From NCBI GenBank assembly GCA_964036045.1, contig OZ038378.1:3720001-3784000 (forward strand): a stretch of DNA of 64,000 bases. The letters run 5' to 3'. Numbering within the stretch: the stretch's first letter is position 1; each line of letters begins with the position of its first letter. The translations under genes and the position numbers were made by a program. Below the pieces are notes generated by a model. The model searched no databases. It was not told where the DNA came from and was given only the letters and a program-made list of their open reading frames with translations. Below, piece after piece: positions 25,027 to 36,403 of the stretch. The stretch comes from Eutreptiella sp. 'Long Island Sound 2002' (lineage: Eukaryota; Protista; Euglenida).

Positions 25027-28000
25027 ATGGCCCAACAACCCCTCCCCCTTGGGGGAGACCTCCCCTTTGCAACCCTCAACTGCAATGGCCTGTTGACAGA
25101 GGTTCCCAATGGATCCCGCACAACCGCAAGGATCAACATTGTCCTTAAACTTTTTAAAAAGTTGGATGTCCAGTTTTTTGCCATCCAAGAGCCCCACATT
25201 GCCTTAGACACGGACAGCTATCATCGCAACGTTGAAAAGCTCAACCAATATGCAGACCAGGCAGGCTATGACTATATCCTCCAAAAAACCACCATGGGAT
25301 TGCGTGGAGGAGTGGCGCTCTTTTGGAAAAAACAATGGCGCTGCACCTGGTCAATCTCCTTCTCCCCCCGAGTGCTAGTGGCTAACCTACTGAGTGACTC
25401 AGGGCTAGAACTGTCAATAATTGCTGCACACTTTCACCACCAACCCAAAGCCAGGCAGAGCCAATGGGAGATACTTTCCCAGGACCTGCCGACCCTTCCC
25501 CTCCATCCCCATGTCATCATGCTGGCAGACCACAACTCCGTGATCACGCCAGGAGTGGATTCCGAAGTGGTGACCCTGCATGATCAAATCCCCCCCGCAA
25601 TACACGCCAGGGACTCTGAAACTGAACTGGTCTCCCAGCTGCACCTGGAAGATGCATGGCATGTGGTTTACGAACCGTCAGGGGACCCAGACTCACCCCA
25701 CACCCCGAAAGGCTGGACCTGGGGATTTCACACTGACTCTGACCGCAAAGTAGTGTTGCACCCCGACCTTCCCCCGCCCGCGGCAGACAGCACAGAGCCA
25801 GCAGACACCCCAGTGAAGCCGCACCGTAGGAGAATTGACCGAATCCATGTTTCTCAACCCATCTCCCATATGATTACCAAAGTATACACCCAATTCTTAG
25901 CTTTCTCGGATCACAAAGCAGTGATTGCCGTCCTCTCCCCCCCGGCATCACACAATCTGCGGCCGAGGCCAAGGCTCCCGACAACTTTCCTCACGGATGA
26001 GGCAGCCAGGGAAACACTCTCGCGACGCCTCCAGGCAATACAAGTGCCAGGGGAAGGGTGGTGGGACGAGGCATGTTCAGCCATGAAACACGTCGCCCTG
26101 TCGTTTGAAAGATCCCACAACCCCACGGGGCTCCAAGAAGTCCAGGCACTCCTCATGGACTGCTCAAAGGATTTCACTTCGGCGGAAGCCCGAGAGTTTC
26201 TAAAGTCAAGAGGACTAACCCCATCATCCACAGCACAGGCGTATGGAATGCTCATGTCCCTGGCGGAACGAGAGGCGATTGATCGGAGTGGGCTCAAGGT
26301 CTTGAACTCCCTAAAATCGGTCCTGCGCGAAGAGCCAACCAGCCCACACAGCAAGCAGCAGCGAAAGCAAGAAATAGCCAGACTGACACGTGAGTTGCAA
26401 GCAAAACGTCGCCTGGCCACGCTGAGAAACAAACAAGGGCAACTACTGAACCACCCACTACAGATTGCATGGGCCCTCCAAGAACATTGGCAGTCCATCA
26501 TGCGTCCAGGAACACAAACAGTGGCACAGTGTATGGAATACCTCAAATCCCTGCCCCTCCCTCGCTCCTTCTCCCAAGCAGCCCCCCTCCTCCTTAAACC
26601 GGCATCACATGCATTGGTCCTCACTGCCCTGGAACGGATGAAACCGAGGTCGTCTCCAGGGATGGATGGGATACCAGCGGAGGTCTTCATGGCCTACCCG
26701 GATATCCTAGTCCCCAAAATGCACGACTCCCTGCTTCGCTTTATCCAGAACGGGAAAATACATGAGCCCTGGGCCATAGGGCTTTTAACACCCATCCCTA
26801 AAGAGCAAGGGTCCTGCTCTGTCAACTCCCTGAGGCCCCTGTGCCTCCAAAATGTACTCTACAAATGGATTTCAGCATGCCTCCTCCTGATGATCGAAGA
26901 CCTCCTAATGCTGGTGACCCCCCCAGAACAAAAAGCGTTTATTAAGGGTCGATTCATTTTCGACCACATCTGGGATGCACGGGGGGCATGGGATGCAATG
27001 GACCAGGGACTTTTCATCTCCCTGGATTTTTCAAAGGCATTTGACTCAGTCCATCATAACTACTTCATTGCCTACTTCCTGTTTGTAGGCATCCCTCTTC
27101 CCCTCATATCCCTGATCATGTCCCTCCTACGCTCCCCCTTCTTGTTTGTTGTCGGAAAGGGAATTGTACAGGGAGTAGAAGTAATTCCCCAGTCAGGAGT
27201 CCGCCAAGGGGATCCGCTGTCCCCAGCACTGTTTGTAATGGTAACTTCAGTTTTAATCAAAGTCATTCAATCAGTCTCACCACACATCAAGGTCCTGTTT
27301 TATGCTGATGACCTCCTGCTGTACCTCCCAGTCCCCCCCCCCCTGGTGCTTCGTCTCCTCCCACGCATCTTAGCAGTCCTGAACAGCTACGGAATTTTTG
27401 TGGGGCTGACCTTGAACTTGGAAAAATCAGCTCTGCTCTTGAAAGGTCCCTGGTCTGATGACTCCATTGCACAGCTACAGACGCATGGGATCCCTGTGAA
27501 GCAAAAAACCAAATACCTGGGCAATTTGATTGGGCATGTCACACCGGAGGAAGCCTACGCCCCCCTGCTTGCACGCGCACTCAAACGAGCACAGTTTATG
27601 AAGGCCCTACCCCTCACGCTGGACGAGAGGGTAGCCCTGCTCCAAGAGTGGGTGCTCCCTCTATTGATCTACCCGGCGCGCGCATACTTCCCCACCACCT
27701 CAGTTATTGCCCAGCTGAGCAGCATCTACAAACAGGCACTCAACATCAGCAGCTGGGGACTCACATTGCCCATACTACAGCTGCCCCGAAACAAAGGGGG
27801 AGCACTTCTGCCCCAACCGCATATATATCTGCTGTGGCAGCATGCCACCCCTTTCTTTCAAGCAATCTCTGAAATTCTGAGTGTCCCGGAGCTGTCTAGA
27901 AACCATTTTTTACAGTGGACCAGCCAAATGGGGATCTCACTTAACCTCCAACACCTGCCCTGGCTCCAGCTGGGGCCGATACCGTGGAAGACTTATCCCT

Positions 28001-30129
28001 TTCTGGGCACCTCGTGCAAGGCATTTTCCCTCCTGCGCAAACATGCACCAGTACCAGTCCCGACTCTGGATCAGTATGTCAAATTGCCTGCATGGCACTC
28101 AGCATTATTCCGCGACACCAAAGCCAACTCCTACTACTCCCCTTCCCTGCTACGCAAAGGTGTCACCACCCTGGGACAACTACTTGAAATCCCAGAGTAT
28201 TCTGCCCTCCTGCCCCCCACTTGGGCGCCGGTTTACAAAGCGTGCATAACAGAAATCCAAGCAGCAGCGCCCCACACGAAATTAAAGGAAGCAAGCCCCA
28301 TGTTTTGGTCAGAATGGAACAAACGGCACATGTTGCATTACCTAATGTCCTTGACCCCTGAACCGCCCAGACAGACGGCGGAAACCTGGCAAGCATGGGC
28401 GAAGTTGCGTCTCCCTCCCAGAGACACCCAGTTCATCCAACTAGCGCTCTGGCACAAACTCACGGTGGGCACCAGGCTGGCCAGTTGGCAGCCAAATGGC
28501 ACTGCATGCCCACTACACCCAGGGGTTCAAGAAACAATCAAGCATGCCACCCTGCACTGTAAATTTCTGCAACCTGCATTTTTCATTGCCCAACAATGTG
28601 TGGGACCTGCAGCGCTAGCGGACGGCTCCACAGCAGACCCAGAAGCAATCTTATGGGATCAACCTGCACTCTCTGTCTCATCCCCCCTAGGGCTGCTCTA
28701 CTGGTCTGCGGTCAGGGCAAACTGGATGGTCCGCAGCAGATGCAAATTTCATCACCCAACCTTCCAACCCCCGTGGCAACAGTTTCTGAAACAGTGGAGA
28801 GCCAACCTCAGCGATTGGGTGGACCACCCCTTCCCCTCCTTCCCCAAATCAGAAACACAGTTGTTCTTGCAGGCACTCGATTCTCTGAGTGATCCGAACA
28901 CGCTCACGATCCAGCACCCGAGGGTCCACACAGCACACAACTCCTCCCTCCCCCCCCCCACACTGGTAGCCCCGGCACGCAAGAAACGGAGAAAAGAAAC
29001 ACACAAACAAGAACTCTGTGAGTACTATGAACAAATAATCCAGCGGTATGTCGAAGCAGGGTGGGAAGTCATATATCCCGACGGATCATCGGAGGACCAT
29101 GAGGTAGTAGGACGAGTGGGAGGGTATGGCGTCTCCTTTGGGGATTCCAGGGATACAGCCGAACCAATTCCAGTGAGTGAACCCCAAACCAACAACAGAG
29201 GGGAACTGAGGGCAGCCCTGCGCGCGCTGCAAGCACGGTCACCAGACAAACCTGTCCTGATCTGCCCTGACTCCTTACTCGTTGTAGACGGTGTCCACGG
29301 CAAGGCCCAAAAGTGGCGCAGGCACAAGTGGACAGGATCCGCGGGCCCGGTCAGCCACGTGGACCTGTGGACCCAGGTACTGGACCTAATTGAATCAGCA
29401 CACTCCCCCACCCACTGGATGCACATCCCCTCCCACATAGGAATCAAAGGCAATACCAGAGCGGATCATCTGGCGGATGTCGGTCGGCGAAAATCCCCCC
29501 TCCTTTTTGGACACGTCTCCGTCTCGCAAACAGGGCAACAACAGCCACCAGACAATGATGATGTACAATCCTTAGCGGACCTACTGGAGGAAGAGGCCCC
29601 AGAGCTTGACGAGCCCCCCCTCCCAGAGTCGCAGCTCACACCACTGCGGCACACAGCGGAAGAGTACAGCACCCCCCCACCCCCCCCCAGAACCCCTCGC
29701 CGACCGACACCGTCACAGGACATTGAAGATTGCACCCCGGCCAGGAACCCCAAATACCCGAAGAGATTCACACCACACACCGTCGCCTACACGCCACTCT
29801 CCAACCTCCGAGCCCGCCTCCCTCACACCTCATTGGCCACACCGAGCACAGTGCACTGCATGCACACACCGTGGGAGGCGCTGGAACGCAGAACTACATT
29901 TCACACCCCCCAACCACCATCACCCATGTCGCCACGTGTAGCAGCAAATCTGTTGGCAGAACTGCAGCTGGTTGAAATGGACTGGGAGCAGGGACCAAGC
30001 CAGGCAGACACCGAAAGCATGCCGTCCTCCCACACCTCATCAAGGCACACATCGCCAGCGTCACGCATGTCTGACGACGCCTCCACACTGTCCTGCAGCA
30101 CCATGTGTTCTCACTGCACCACTCCATAA
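25027..30129 (+). CDS. LINE ORF2: AP endonuclease, reverse transcriptase, zinc knuckle, RNase H
   Basis: APE: ATLNCNGL, IQEPH, LADHNS, RIDRIHV, FSDHKAV. RT: PGMDG, LRPLCL, LDFSKAFDSV, GVRQGDPLSPALF, YADD. CPLH...ETIKHATLHC knuckle. RNase H: IYPDGS, QTNNRGEL, CPDS, HIPSHIGIKGNTRADHLA. Confidence 0.95.
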   Translation: MAQQPLPLGGDLPFATLNCNGLLTEVPNGSRTTARINIVLKLFKKLDVQFFAIQEPHIALDTDSYHRNVEKLNQYADQAGYDYILQKTTMGLRGGVALFWKKQWRCTWSISFSPRVLVANLLSDSGLELSIIAAHFHHQPKARQSQWEILSQDLPTLPLHPHVIMLADHNSVITPGVDSEVVTLHDQIPPAIHARDSETELVSQLHLEDAWHVVYEPSGDPDSPHTPKGWTWGFHTDSDRKVVLHPDLPPPAADSTEPADTPVKPHRRRIDRIHVSQPISHMITKVYTQFLAFSDHKAVIAVLSPPASHNLRPRPRLPTTFLTDEAARETLSRRLQAIQVPGEGWWDEACSAMKHVALSFERSHNPTGLQEVQALLMDCSKDFTSAEAREFLKSRGLTPSSTAQAYGMLMSLAEREAIDRSGLKVLNSLKSVLREEPTSPHSKQQRKQEIARLTRELQAKRRLATLRNKQGQLLNHPLQIAWALQEHWQSIMRPGTQTVAQCMEYLKSLPLPRSFSQAAPLLLKPASHALVLTALERMKPRSSPGMDGIPAEVFMAYPDILVPKMHDSLLRFIQNGKIHEPWAIGLLTPIPKEQGSCSVNSLRPLCLQNVLYKWISACLLLMIEDLLMLVTPPEQKAFIKGRFIFDHIWDARGAWDAMDQGLFISLDFSKAFDSVHHNYFIAYFLFVGIPLPLISLIMSLLRSPFLFVVGKGIVQGVEVIPQSGVRQGDPLSPALFVMVTSVLIKVIQSVSPHIKVLFYADDLLLYLPVPPPLVLRLLPRILAVLNSYGIFVGLTLNLEKSALLLKGPWSDDSIAQLQTHGIPVKQKTKYLGNLIGHVTPEEAYAPLLARALKRAQFMKALPLTLDERVALLQEWVLPLLIYPARAYFPTTSVIAQLSSIYKQALNISSWGLTLPILQLPRNKGGALLPQPHIYLLWQHATPFFQAISEILSVPELSRNHFLQWTSQMGISLNLQHLPWLQLGPIPWKTYPFLGTSCKAFSLLRKHAPVPVPTLDQYVKLPAWHSALFRDTKANSYYSPSLLRKGVTTLGQLLEIPEYSALLPPTWAPVYKACITEIQAAAPHTKLKEASPMFWSEWNKRHMLHYLMSLTPEPPRQTAETWQAWAKLRLPPRDTQFIQLALWHKLTVGTRLASWQPNGTACPLHPGVQETIKHATLHCKFLQPAFFIAQQCVGPAALADGSTADPEAILWDQPALSVSSPLGLLYWSAVRANWMVRSRCKFHHPTFQPPWQQFLKQWRANLSDWVDHPFPSFPKSETQLFLQALDSLSDPNTLTIQHPRVHTAHNSSLPPPTLVAPARKKRRKETHKQELCEYYEQIIQRYVEAGWEVIYPDGSSEDHEVVGRVGGYGVSFGDSRDTAEPIPVSEPQTNNRGELRAALRALQARSPDKPVLICPDSLLVVDGVHGKAQKWRRHKWTGSAGPVSHVDLWTQVLDLIESAHSPTHWMHIPSHIGIKGNTRADHLADVGRRKSPLLFGHVSVSQTGQQQPPDNDDVQSLADLLEEEAPELDEPPLPESQLTPLRHTAEEYSTPPPPPRTPRRPTPSQDIEDCTPARNPKYPKRFTPHTVAYTPLSNLRARLPHTSLATPSTVHCMHTPWEALERRTTFHTPQPPSPMSPRVAANLLAELQLVEMDWEQGPSQADTESMPSSHTSSRHTSPASRMSDDASTLSCSTMCSHCTTP

Positions 30130-30646
30130 ACCCAGTGCCCCACATGGGCACCATCAGCGCAACAAACCCACCCAAGCAACCCCCCCCCCCCCCTGAATGG
30201 CTGTGTGTTGAATGTGCGCTAACCAGCACCACCAGGGCACAGTGAGCCCGAACCAAGATCCCAGGAGTACCGGCCGAATGGGGCCAGCGTCAAGCAGGTA
30301 TCCCAGGGACTGACCCTGACCACCATGCACGCCACTGACCCTGTAGAGTCAAAGCCCCGCAAACTTGGGTACGACAGTGTACATATGGAAGGTAGGGACA
30401 AGCGAACACTGGCGGAAGCACCGGGACAGTCGCCTAGCAAAAACCCGGACGCACTGCTGTGAACTTGCTGAAGAACAATGGCTGGAAGTGTCTATGGCGG
30501 GGACATCCAGCTCAGCCTACCGACCAATTGAAGCCCCCCGCCTGCACCCAGGCACCGCTGCACACACTGTTTGTGATGCCTGGTCCCCCCCCCCCCCCGA
30601 CTGTGGAGTGCATTACCTCATGTTTGCAAGTGTTGCTGCACTGTCT

Positions 30647-31689
30647 GGGGGTGTTGCCTGAACCGTGCGCGCACCGTGCGCGCACCGTGCGCGCACCGTG
30701 CGCGCACCGTGCGTCCTTTTGCTTATTCTGTGTCCGGCAGATCCACATTGCCTGAATCTGAGCTGCCCTGGCTTGTCGCCGGACTGCCTGTGTACTACCA
30801 CCGCTCCAACGGGGATAGGGTGTCGGCCACTGTCGTTGACCCTTCTTCAAGAGGTGGGCGCCGCGTCTCTATTCGGTACGAATTGGGTGGTGAAGAGGTC
30901 TTGTACGAGCATGCACCCGAGGAGCGGTTGGAGTTTGCAATTGTGACTGCTGAGAGCCCCGATTCCCCCCAACCTGTGCACCATGAGGCGCCGATGGACG
31001 CTTTGCTGGAGCCCCAATTACCTGAAGTGGAAGCTGAAGCCCCTAGAATTGATGATCATGAGCCAGAATGCTGTGGCGGATGAAATTGAAATTCCCGTAA
31101 CCCAACCATTGTTGTCGCTTGTGTTGTCGCCTGTGCATGGTTTGTTACGGAGATGCGTGCGAGGTGCAGAAATTGGGAGCCTGGAACCTGTGACAAGCAT
31201 CAGACTAAAAATTGAAGAATCCTGGTATGCCAGTATGGACTGCAAGGTGCAGAAATCAGGACCCTGGGTGTGTTTCTATCAGGGGTTGCCATAAGGACGC
31301 TCAGCCTTTTTTTTTTTTACTAAGGCAGCCACTCTCTGATGTTTGGTGGCTACCCACCAACCGCCATCGGTTACCCACCAACCGCCATCGGTTACACACC
31401 AACCGCGATCAATTACCCACCAGCCGCCATCGGTTACACACCAACCGCCATCAGTTACCCACCAACCGCCATCGGTTACCCACCAACCGCCATCAGTTAC
31501 CCACCAGCCGCCATCATAGGGCGTATTGGACACTCCGAGTTTTTTTTTATTATTATGGCAACCCCTGGTTTCTATGGGGGCCATTCAACGGGGTACAAGT
31601 TGGGCAACCATCCCAAAAACATTGAACCGTGCGCGCACCGTGCACGCACCGTGCGCGCACCGTGCGCGCACCGTGCGACAACGCCCCCT
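30647..31689 (+). mobile_element. TIR element with 11-bp subterminal arrays and an internal ORF
   Basis: GGGGGTGTTG / CAACGCCCCC inverted ends; CTGTCT on both flanks (30641-30646 / 31690-31695, 1-nt asymmetry); (CCGTGCGCGCA)n at 30663-30713 and 31627-31677; internal ORF 30676-31083. Confidence 0.6.
31280..31567 (+). mobile_element. hAT-type MITE nested in the 30647 element
   Basis: Perfect 15-bp TIR CAGGGGTTGCCATAA / TTATGGCAACCCCTG; perfect 8-bp TSD GTTTCTAT (31272-31279 / 31568-31575); internal 21-bp CCACCAACCGCCATCGGTTAC repeats. Confidence 0.92.
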
Positions 31690-31925
31690 CTGTCTGTTTT
31701 TCATTCAATCCAATCCAATCTCCTAATTAGCCCCCCCCCCCCCTCCATCATCCAGGGGCTCCGTTGACACAACCAAACGACGTTCGGACCCACAGAGGGT
31801 CGGAATGAACAGTGGCGGGAGGCCAATGGGCGCCGCCAATGACAAACAAACCAACAATATGGCCTCCTGCCAAACCCCCCGCCCCTCCCTCCCTTTGGCA
31901 TAGAGAATAAAGATGCACTTATGCC

Positions 31926-32470
31926 TTACTGTGGAGTGCACAACCTCTGGTTTGCATTTATCTGTTTTTTAATTAGGTCTCCCCCCCCCTCCCCCCCTCC
32001 AATGCACGATATGCTCGATGCTGTGTTTCCCCCAACGGTCTCTGTGCTCCAGCGGCGCCTTGTATAGCCACCTGAACTGCCGGTTTCACTCGGATGCCTT
32101 CCCCGCCTGTTAAGAGCATGCAATGGGACCTGCACCCCCATGACCGCTGCCCACGCGGGTGGCAACCCCCAGGGAACGTGGTTCCCAACGTAGGAGGACT
32201 GAGCCCCCTCTCCAGCCTTCCACAAGACCCATAGAGTGTGGCCATTGAAGAGGCATGTGGCGTCATGCAGCTTGTGCTGGACATGTGGCGCATGTAAGTC
32301 GCGCTCGGATGCGCCAAAGGTCCACCGAAGCCCGCGATTTGAGTAGGCAAGTGCCCAGCCCGTCCGCTTGACTAAGTGGAACGGCATCTGGCTGATGGGC
32401 TGTTTGGCCTGTTTGATCGGCTTGACTCGAATCCCAACGTGCAGATTGTGCAGAGGGGGTGGCAAGTACT
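31926..32470 (-). pseudogene. Probable degenerate LINE 3' remnant
   Basis: Open frame with HTLWVLWKA resembling LINE C-terminal regions; weak. Confidence 0.3.
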
Positions 32471-32559
32471 GGAGCTTGGCCTGCGGTCAAGCCTGTGCGT
32501 AATTATTTTTTCCGCAAGGAGGAGGGTACCCCCTTCCCTGGACCCCCCCCCCCCCCAGA

Positions 32560-32780
32560 CCAAAGGGAACATCGTGGGAAAAAAACGAAATCACCTCGAA
32601 GAGAGGTTGTTAGATCAAGCCCAGGTGCGGATGCCATATCTCTAGAGATATACCCCCCCTTTTTGGGGTCGTTCGCGTAGCATACCCCAGGCCATGACAT
32701 TGGATGTCTAACCCCTTGTGAAATCATTATTTTGCACAACAAAACGATCCCCCAATGGATTTTTTGATTTTGAGCGCTCT
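32560..32780 (+). repeat. Dispersed repeat, second copy at ~63200-63400
   Basis: Shared GAGAGGTTGTTAGATCAAGC.CAGG...GTAGCATACCCC...GGATGTC.AACCCCTTGT.AAATCAT. Confidence 0.8.
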
Positions 32781-33644
32781 ACCCCCCCATAACTGGGTAC
32801 CCCATTTTTGGGGGGGGGGGTGGGGGGGTGGGGGCAGAGAGTTTGTGCTTAGGAGGATCCGAACCATGGTCTAGTAAAACAGCTAAAGGACAGACCAGCC
32901 GTTGGCGGCGGTTCGCCATAACGGGATGCGATCCAACGTGCGGCGAACTGTCAGCTGACTGTCTGTCTACTCGACCAGTGTTCACGGCTGCTCAAATGTT
33001 TTTCCCATCGCTTGTAGCTGTAGGCTGCCACCAAAAAAGTCAAACTGTGTGTTTCTGCCTGCCTGTCTGCCTGTCTGCCTGCCTGCCTGACTGACTCACT
33101 GATTGGCTGACTGTCAGCCTAACTGACTGACTCTAGTCTTCTAGCACTCTCTTCGAGGTGCCTTGCCGAGGGCAATAGAATTTGCAAAAGGGAAAATATG
33201 GTCAGGCCATTTTTGGTACACAAACTTTTGCGTCCCAGACCCCCCCCCCCTGTCTCACGGAAGTAGGGTCGAGGGCTGAACATGAGATCACAAATCGCAC
33301 TGTGGAAGCATCGTGCATTGGCAGATGGACAGAAAGCGATGACAGCCGTGGGGCAGGTGCGGGCAGAGCCTAATGCGGACATTGCAACCTGACCATTGAG
33401 CCCCCCCCCCTTCAGCACAGCCCTGCCTGCGGTCGTTGCTCCTCCTTCGCCTTGAGTGTTGATACTCTGGGGGCGGGGGGCAATGGGCTGACTGCTGCGC
33501 CATCCTGTCGACCCTCCCCAGAGTTCCTTTAAACAACTCAGCACCCCTGGGGGGGGGGGGGGGGAAGGGGGGGGCAGACCCACCCACCCACCCTTCCCTC
33601 CCGCCCTGAAAAGGAACTCTGACCCTCCCCCGTGCCTCACCCAG

Positions 33645-33846
33645 TGCCAAGACCCCCTACGGCATGCAAAGCCTGGGCACAGGACACGCGAAGTTCTTGC
33701 CTCAGAGCCATGAGCCCGACGACCGATGCCACGAGTACTGCACCTTCGACCTGGCGGCCGAGTTCGACGCGAAGGCCTGCCGGGCCCTGGGCGGCACGGA
33801 GGCCCGCGCAAAGGCCGCGGTCGCGAAGATCATTGAGGACGTGTCG
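33645..33846 (+). CDS. Exon of a reprolysin/M12B-type Zn metalloprotease (start of catalytic domain)
   Basis: Acceptor CCCAG at 33644. CTFDLAAEFDAKACRALGGTEARAKAAVAKIIEDVS resembles the first strand and helix of M12B domains and joins in phase 0 to VMYKREL at 39675. The donor could instead be at 33841. Confidence 0.6.
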
Positions 33847-35049
33847 GTGTGTGGAGGGGGCCTGTGGGGGTGCGGGCGGGGAGGGCATGCGCGTGAGGCG
33901 GCCCACGGAGGTGCTGGCGGTTATGTGAAAGTGTGCGTCCTTCCCCCGATTGCCCTGTCCGGTGGGGGTTGTGGTGGGGGATTTGAGCAAATGCATCACC
34001 CAGTCTCCCGTCATGGACCTCATGGCATTGCCCCCGCCCCCCCCCCCCCCCCAAGTATGTCGGTTGTGGCGCTTCCATGAGGTAATCTGGGACCGGGAAT
34101 CGTGGCTAAGCTAACACAAGGACCACCCCCCCCCCCACCCCTAGAAGGCCCCCTGAGCCCAGTACAGTGGCACTTGGCCACGACCTGTGACGACCAGGGA
34201 CCTGTGACGACCAGGGACGCATTAGAATAAAAAAAACTGTAAGGATGAGGTCCCCCCCCCCCCCCCGGGTCCAAACCCTCCACCTCCCACCCCTCCTCCC
34301 CTTCCAAGTCACCTGAAAAAAAATTCGGCGCCTTCGGCGCCAATGCGCCAATGTACTGTGTGTTCCTCAGGGTCATGTTCAGGGTGTGAGTCAGCTGTTC
34401 ATATTGAATAGTATGTCTGTATGAAAATGGACTGTCATGAATTGATACTGTCTTATTGTGGACACACATTTTGCCACAAATTTATTGCTTTGGGGGCACC
34501 AGAAACGCGCATCCCAACCATCTGCAAGTACTCAACACAGTAGGAAACATGCACAGCTCTGCGTGTTGGTCCTCCTTCTCATCACAGTTTTGCTTTTTGT
34601 CCATTTTGGTTGATATAAATCATTGCCAAATGGCGCAGCGTAGCATTTTTCATATGCAGGCGATCATGTGTAGAAATGCGCCCCACTAAACTAAATGCGG
34701 GCTTACCTGCACTGTGACATTCGTTGACAAGGAGGAGGGTCAACCAAGTATGGGCTTTTGTCATGGAAAACCAATTTTCTGGCGCTTTTGGCGCCGAAGA
34801 TGTTTGAAAGTCCTGTTGGCAAAGGAGGGGTCCCCTCCTCCTCAGACCCTTTGCCCCCCGGGTCCAAACTGCCGCCCCCCGCCCTCCTCCGCTCCAATGC
34901 ATGCGTGCCCCGCCCCCAAGGTGGGGGACCCCGACACAGTGGGGGGTATTGTTAGCCAATTGGGTTGCTTCCCCTGTCCAGCCCATCTGCTATCATCACT
35001 TGATGGATGAGCTGCCAATTGACGCCCCAAGCACCCGCCCCTTCTGCCG

Positions 35050-35410
35050 GTGGGTGGGTATGGGGCCACTGTCCTTGGGGAATGGTGCACCAGTTCCGCC
35101 CTACCCACGTGCATGAAACAAACTATCAACAGAGCGGAAATCTTGGCGGTTACCGCTGTGATACGCCGGTTTGGTGGCACTTCACGCAAGATTGGCGTTG
35201 CCATGGATTCTGAATTCGTATATGCAGGACTCCAAAGAGTGGCGGCCAAGTGGGAATTAAATAGGTGGGTATCCTCTGCGAGCCCAATGTTAAATGTCAA
35301 TTTATGGATTGAGGCTCATTTTTGTTCAGGCAGTTTTTCACTGGTTGAAAATCCCTAGCCATGCTGGGCTGCATGGTACCGATGAAACGGACAGACTAGC
35401 AAAATAAGGG
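35050..35410 (+). pseudogene. Degenerate retroelement RNase H remnant
   Basis: GGYG, QTINRAEILA, MDSEFV, NVNLW, PSHAGLHGTDETDRLAK, with frame disruption. Confidence 0.7.
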
Positions 35411-35999
35411 CAGAATGGCTTCTCCGCTCTATGCGTCTCTTTCGCAGCCGCTGCATCCGCAAAGGTTGGGTCTAGCAATTCACACGCCTGCACTTCCAAG
35501 GCGGCAGGTGGTCTCCGCCTGTGATTCTCCGCCATCTTCTCGTGTACCCAAGTCAGCAGTTAGGGAGCCCATCACCCCTGCACGCAATTTATTTGCGGCA
35601 ACCCACACTGGGATGCTATGTTTTGAAGATGAGCTTGTAGGTGTAGCTTGTAGGTGTAGGTGTAGCTTGTTTGGACATGGAACCAGCAGCTTTACAATTT
35701 TCTGATGTTAGCTCGATGTCGTTTGCTAGATCTCAGTGGTTCCCTTGATTAGATTACAGAGTGCCGTAGATTGGGAGTGCCCCCAATGGAGCAACCTCCT
35801 AAACGGAGACATTGCAGGTCGTACTAGCCCAGCACGGAAGCCAATCCAGGCACGCTCGACTTAGCGGGAGGTAGTGAACTCACAGATGCAGGTTCAAAGG
35901 TGTCCGACTCGCTCTTTTAGACAATAACGTTGCGTTGTCTTTTCACACTTTTGGCCTCTTCTTCGGGCCATTGTTTTCCCGACACTGATTGTTGTCATA

Positions 36000-36073
36000 G
36001 GGCGTGGCCTAATGTAGTGGCATCTTGCTCGTCCATCGAACGATAGTTGCTGGTTCGATTCCCGGCATGGCCA
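36000..36073 (+). pseudogene. tRNA-like sequence (Gly-TCC-like, degenerate)
   Basis: B-box GGTTCGATTCCC, A-box-like upstream segment, loop containing TCC; poor stem pairing. Confidence 0.45.
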
Positions 36074-36332
36074 GGGAGCCCGTCGTGACGGCCCCCACCA
36101 CCGCCCATTGTAGTAGTGCGCCCCTCCACCGATACCGTGGGTCGCCGGGTGGTGCACCTCTTCTTTGATTTTTTCCTGCATTTTCAGCCATGTCATGTTT
36201 TCAGCTTGTAGCACCAATCAAAAAAGACACACACCTCCACCTGTAGCAGTGCGCTCCGCCGCCGACTCCTTGCGCCGCCGGAACTACATCTCCTCTTCGT
36301 ACCCTTCCTCCGTGCGGAGAGGCCGGAGGAGG

Positions 36333-36403
36333 GGTGCATGGGCGGGAATCGAACCAAGCATCAGCGGGACTGAAGCCTGGCGTTCTACCACTGGAGCACG
36401 GGT
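36333..36403 (-). pseudogene. tRNA-like sequence (Gly-like 3' end, degenerate)
   Basis: Minus strand reads CAGTGGTAGAA (A-box) ... GGTTCGATTCCCGCCCATGCA (B-box and tRNA-Gly-like end); anticodon stem does not pair. Confidence 0.5.

Larger units (their letters stand above)
23076..30600 (+). mobile_element. Apparently intact L1/Tx1-like non-LTR retrotransposon with RNase H (ends approximate)
   Basis: Two long uninterrupted tandem ORFs; APE, RT, CCHC and RNase H motifs; C-rich sense strand; putative 3' UTR 30130 to ~30598. No TSD identified. Confidence 0.9.

Noticed and set aside
36333-36403. Possible Sec or opal-suppressor tRNA (loop CTTCAGT)
   Set aside because: Anticodon stem does not pair, there is no long variable arm, and the 3' end is tRNA-Gly-like; a degenerate module.
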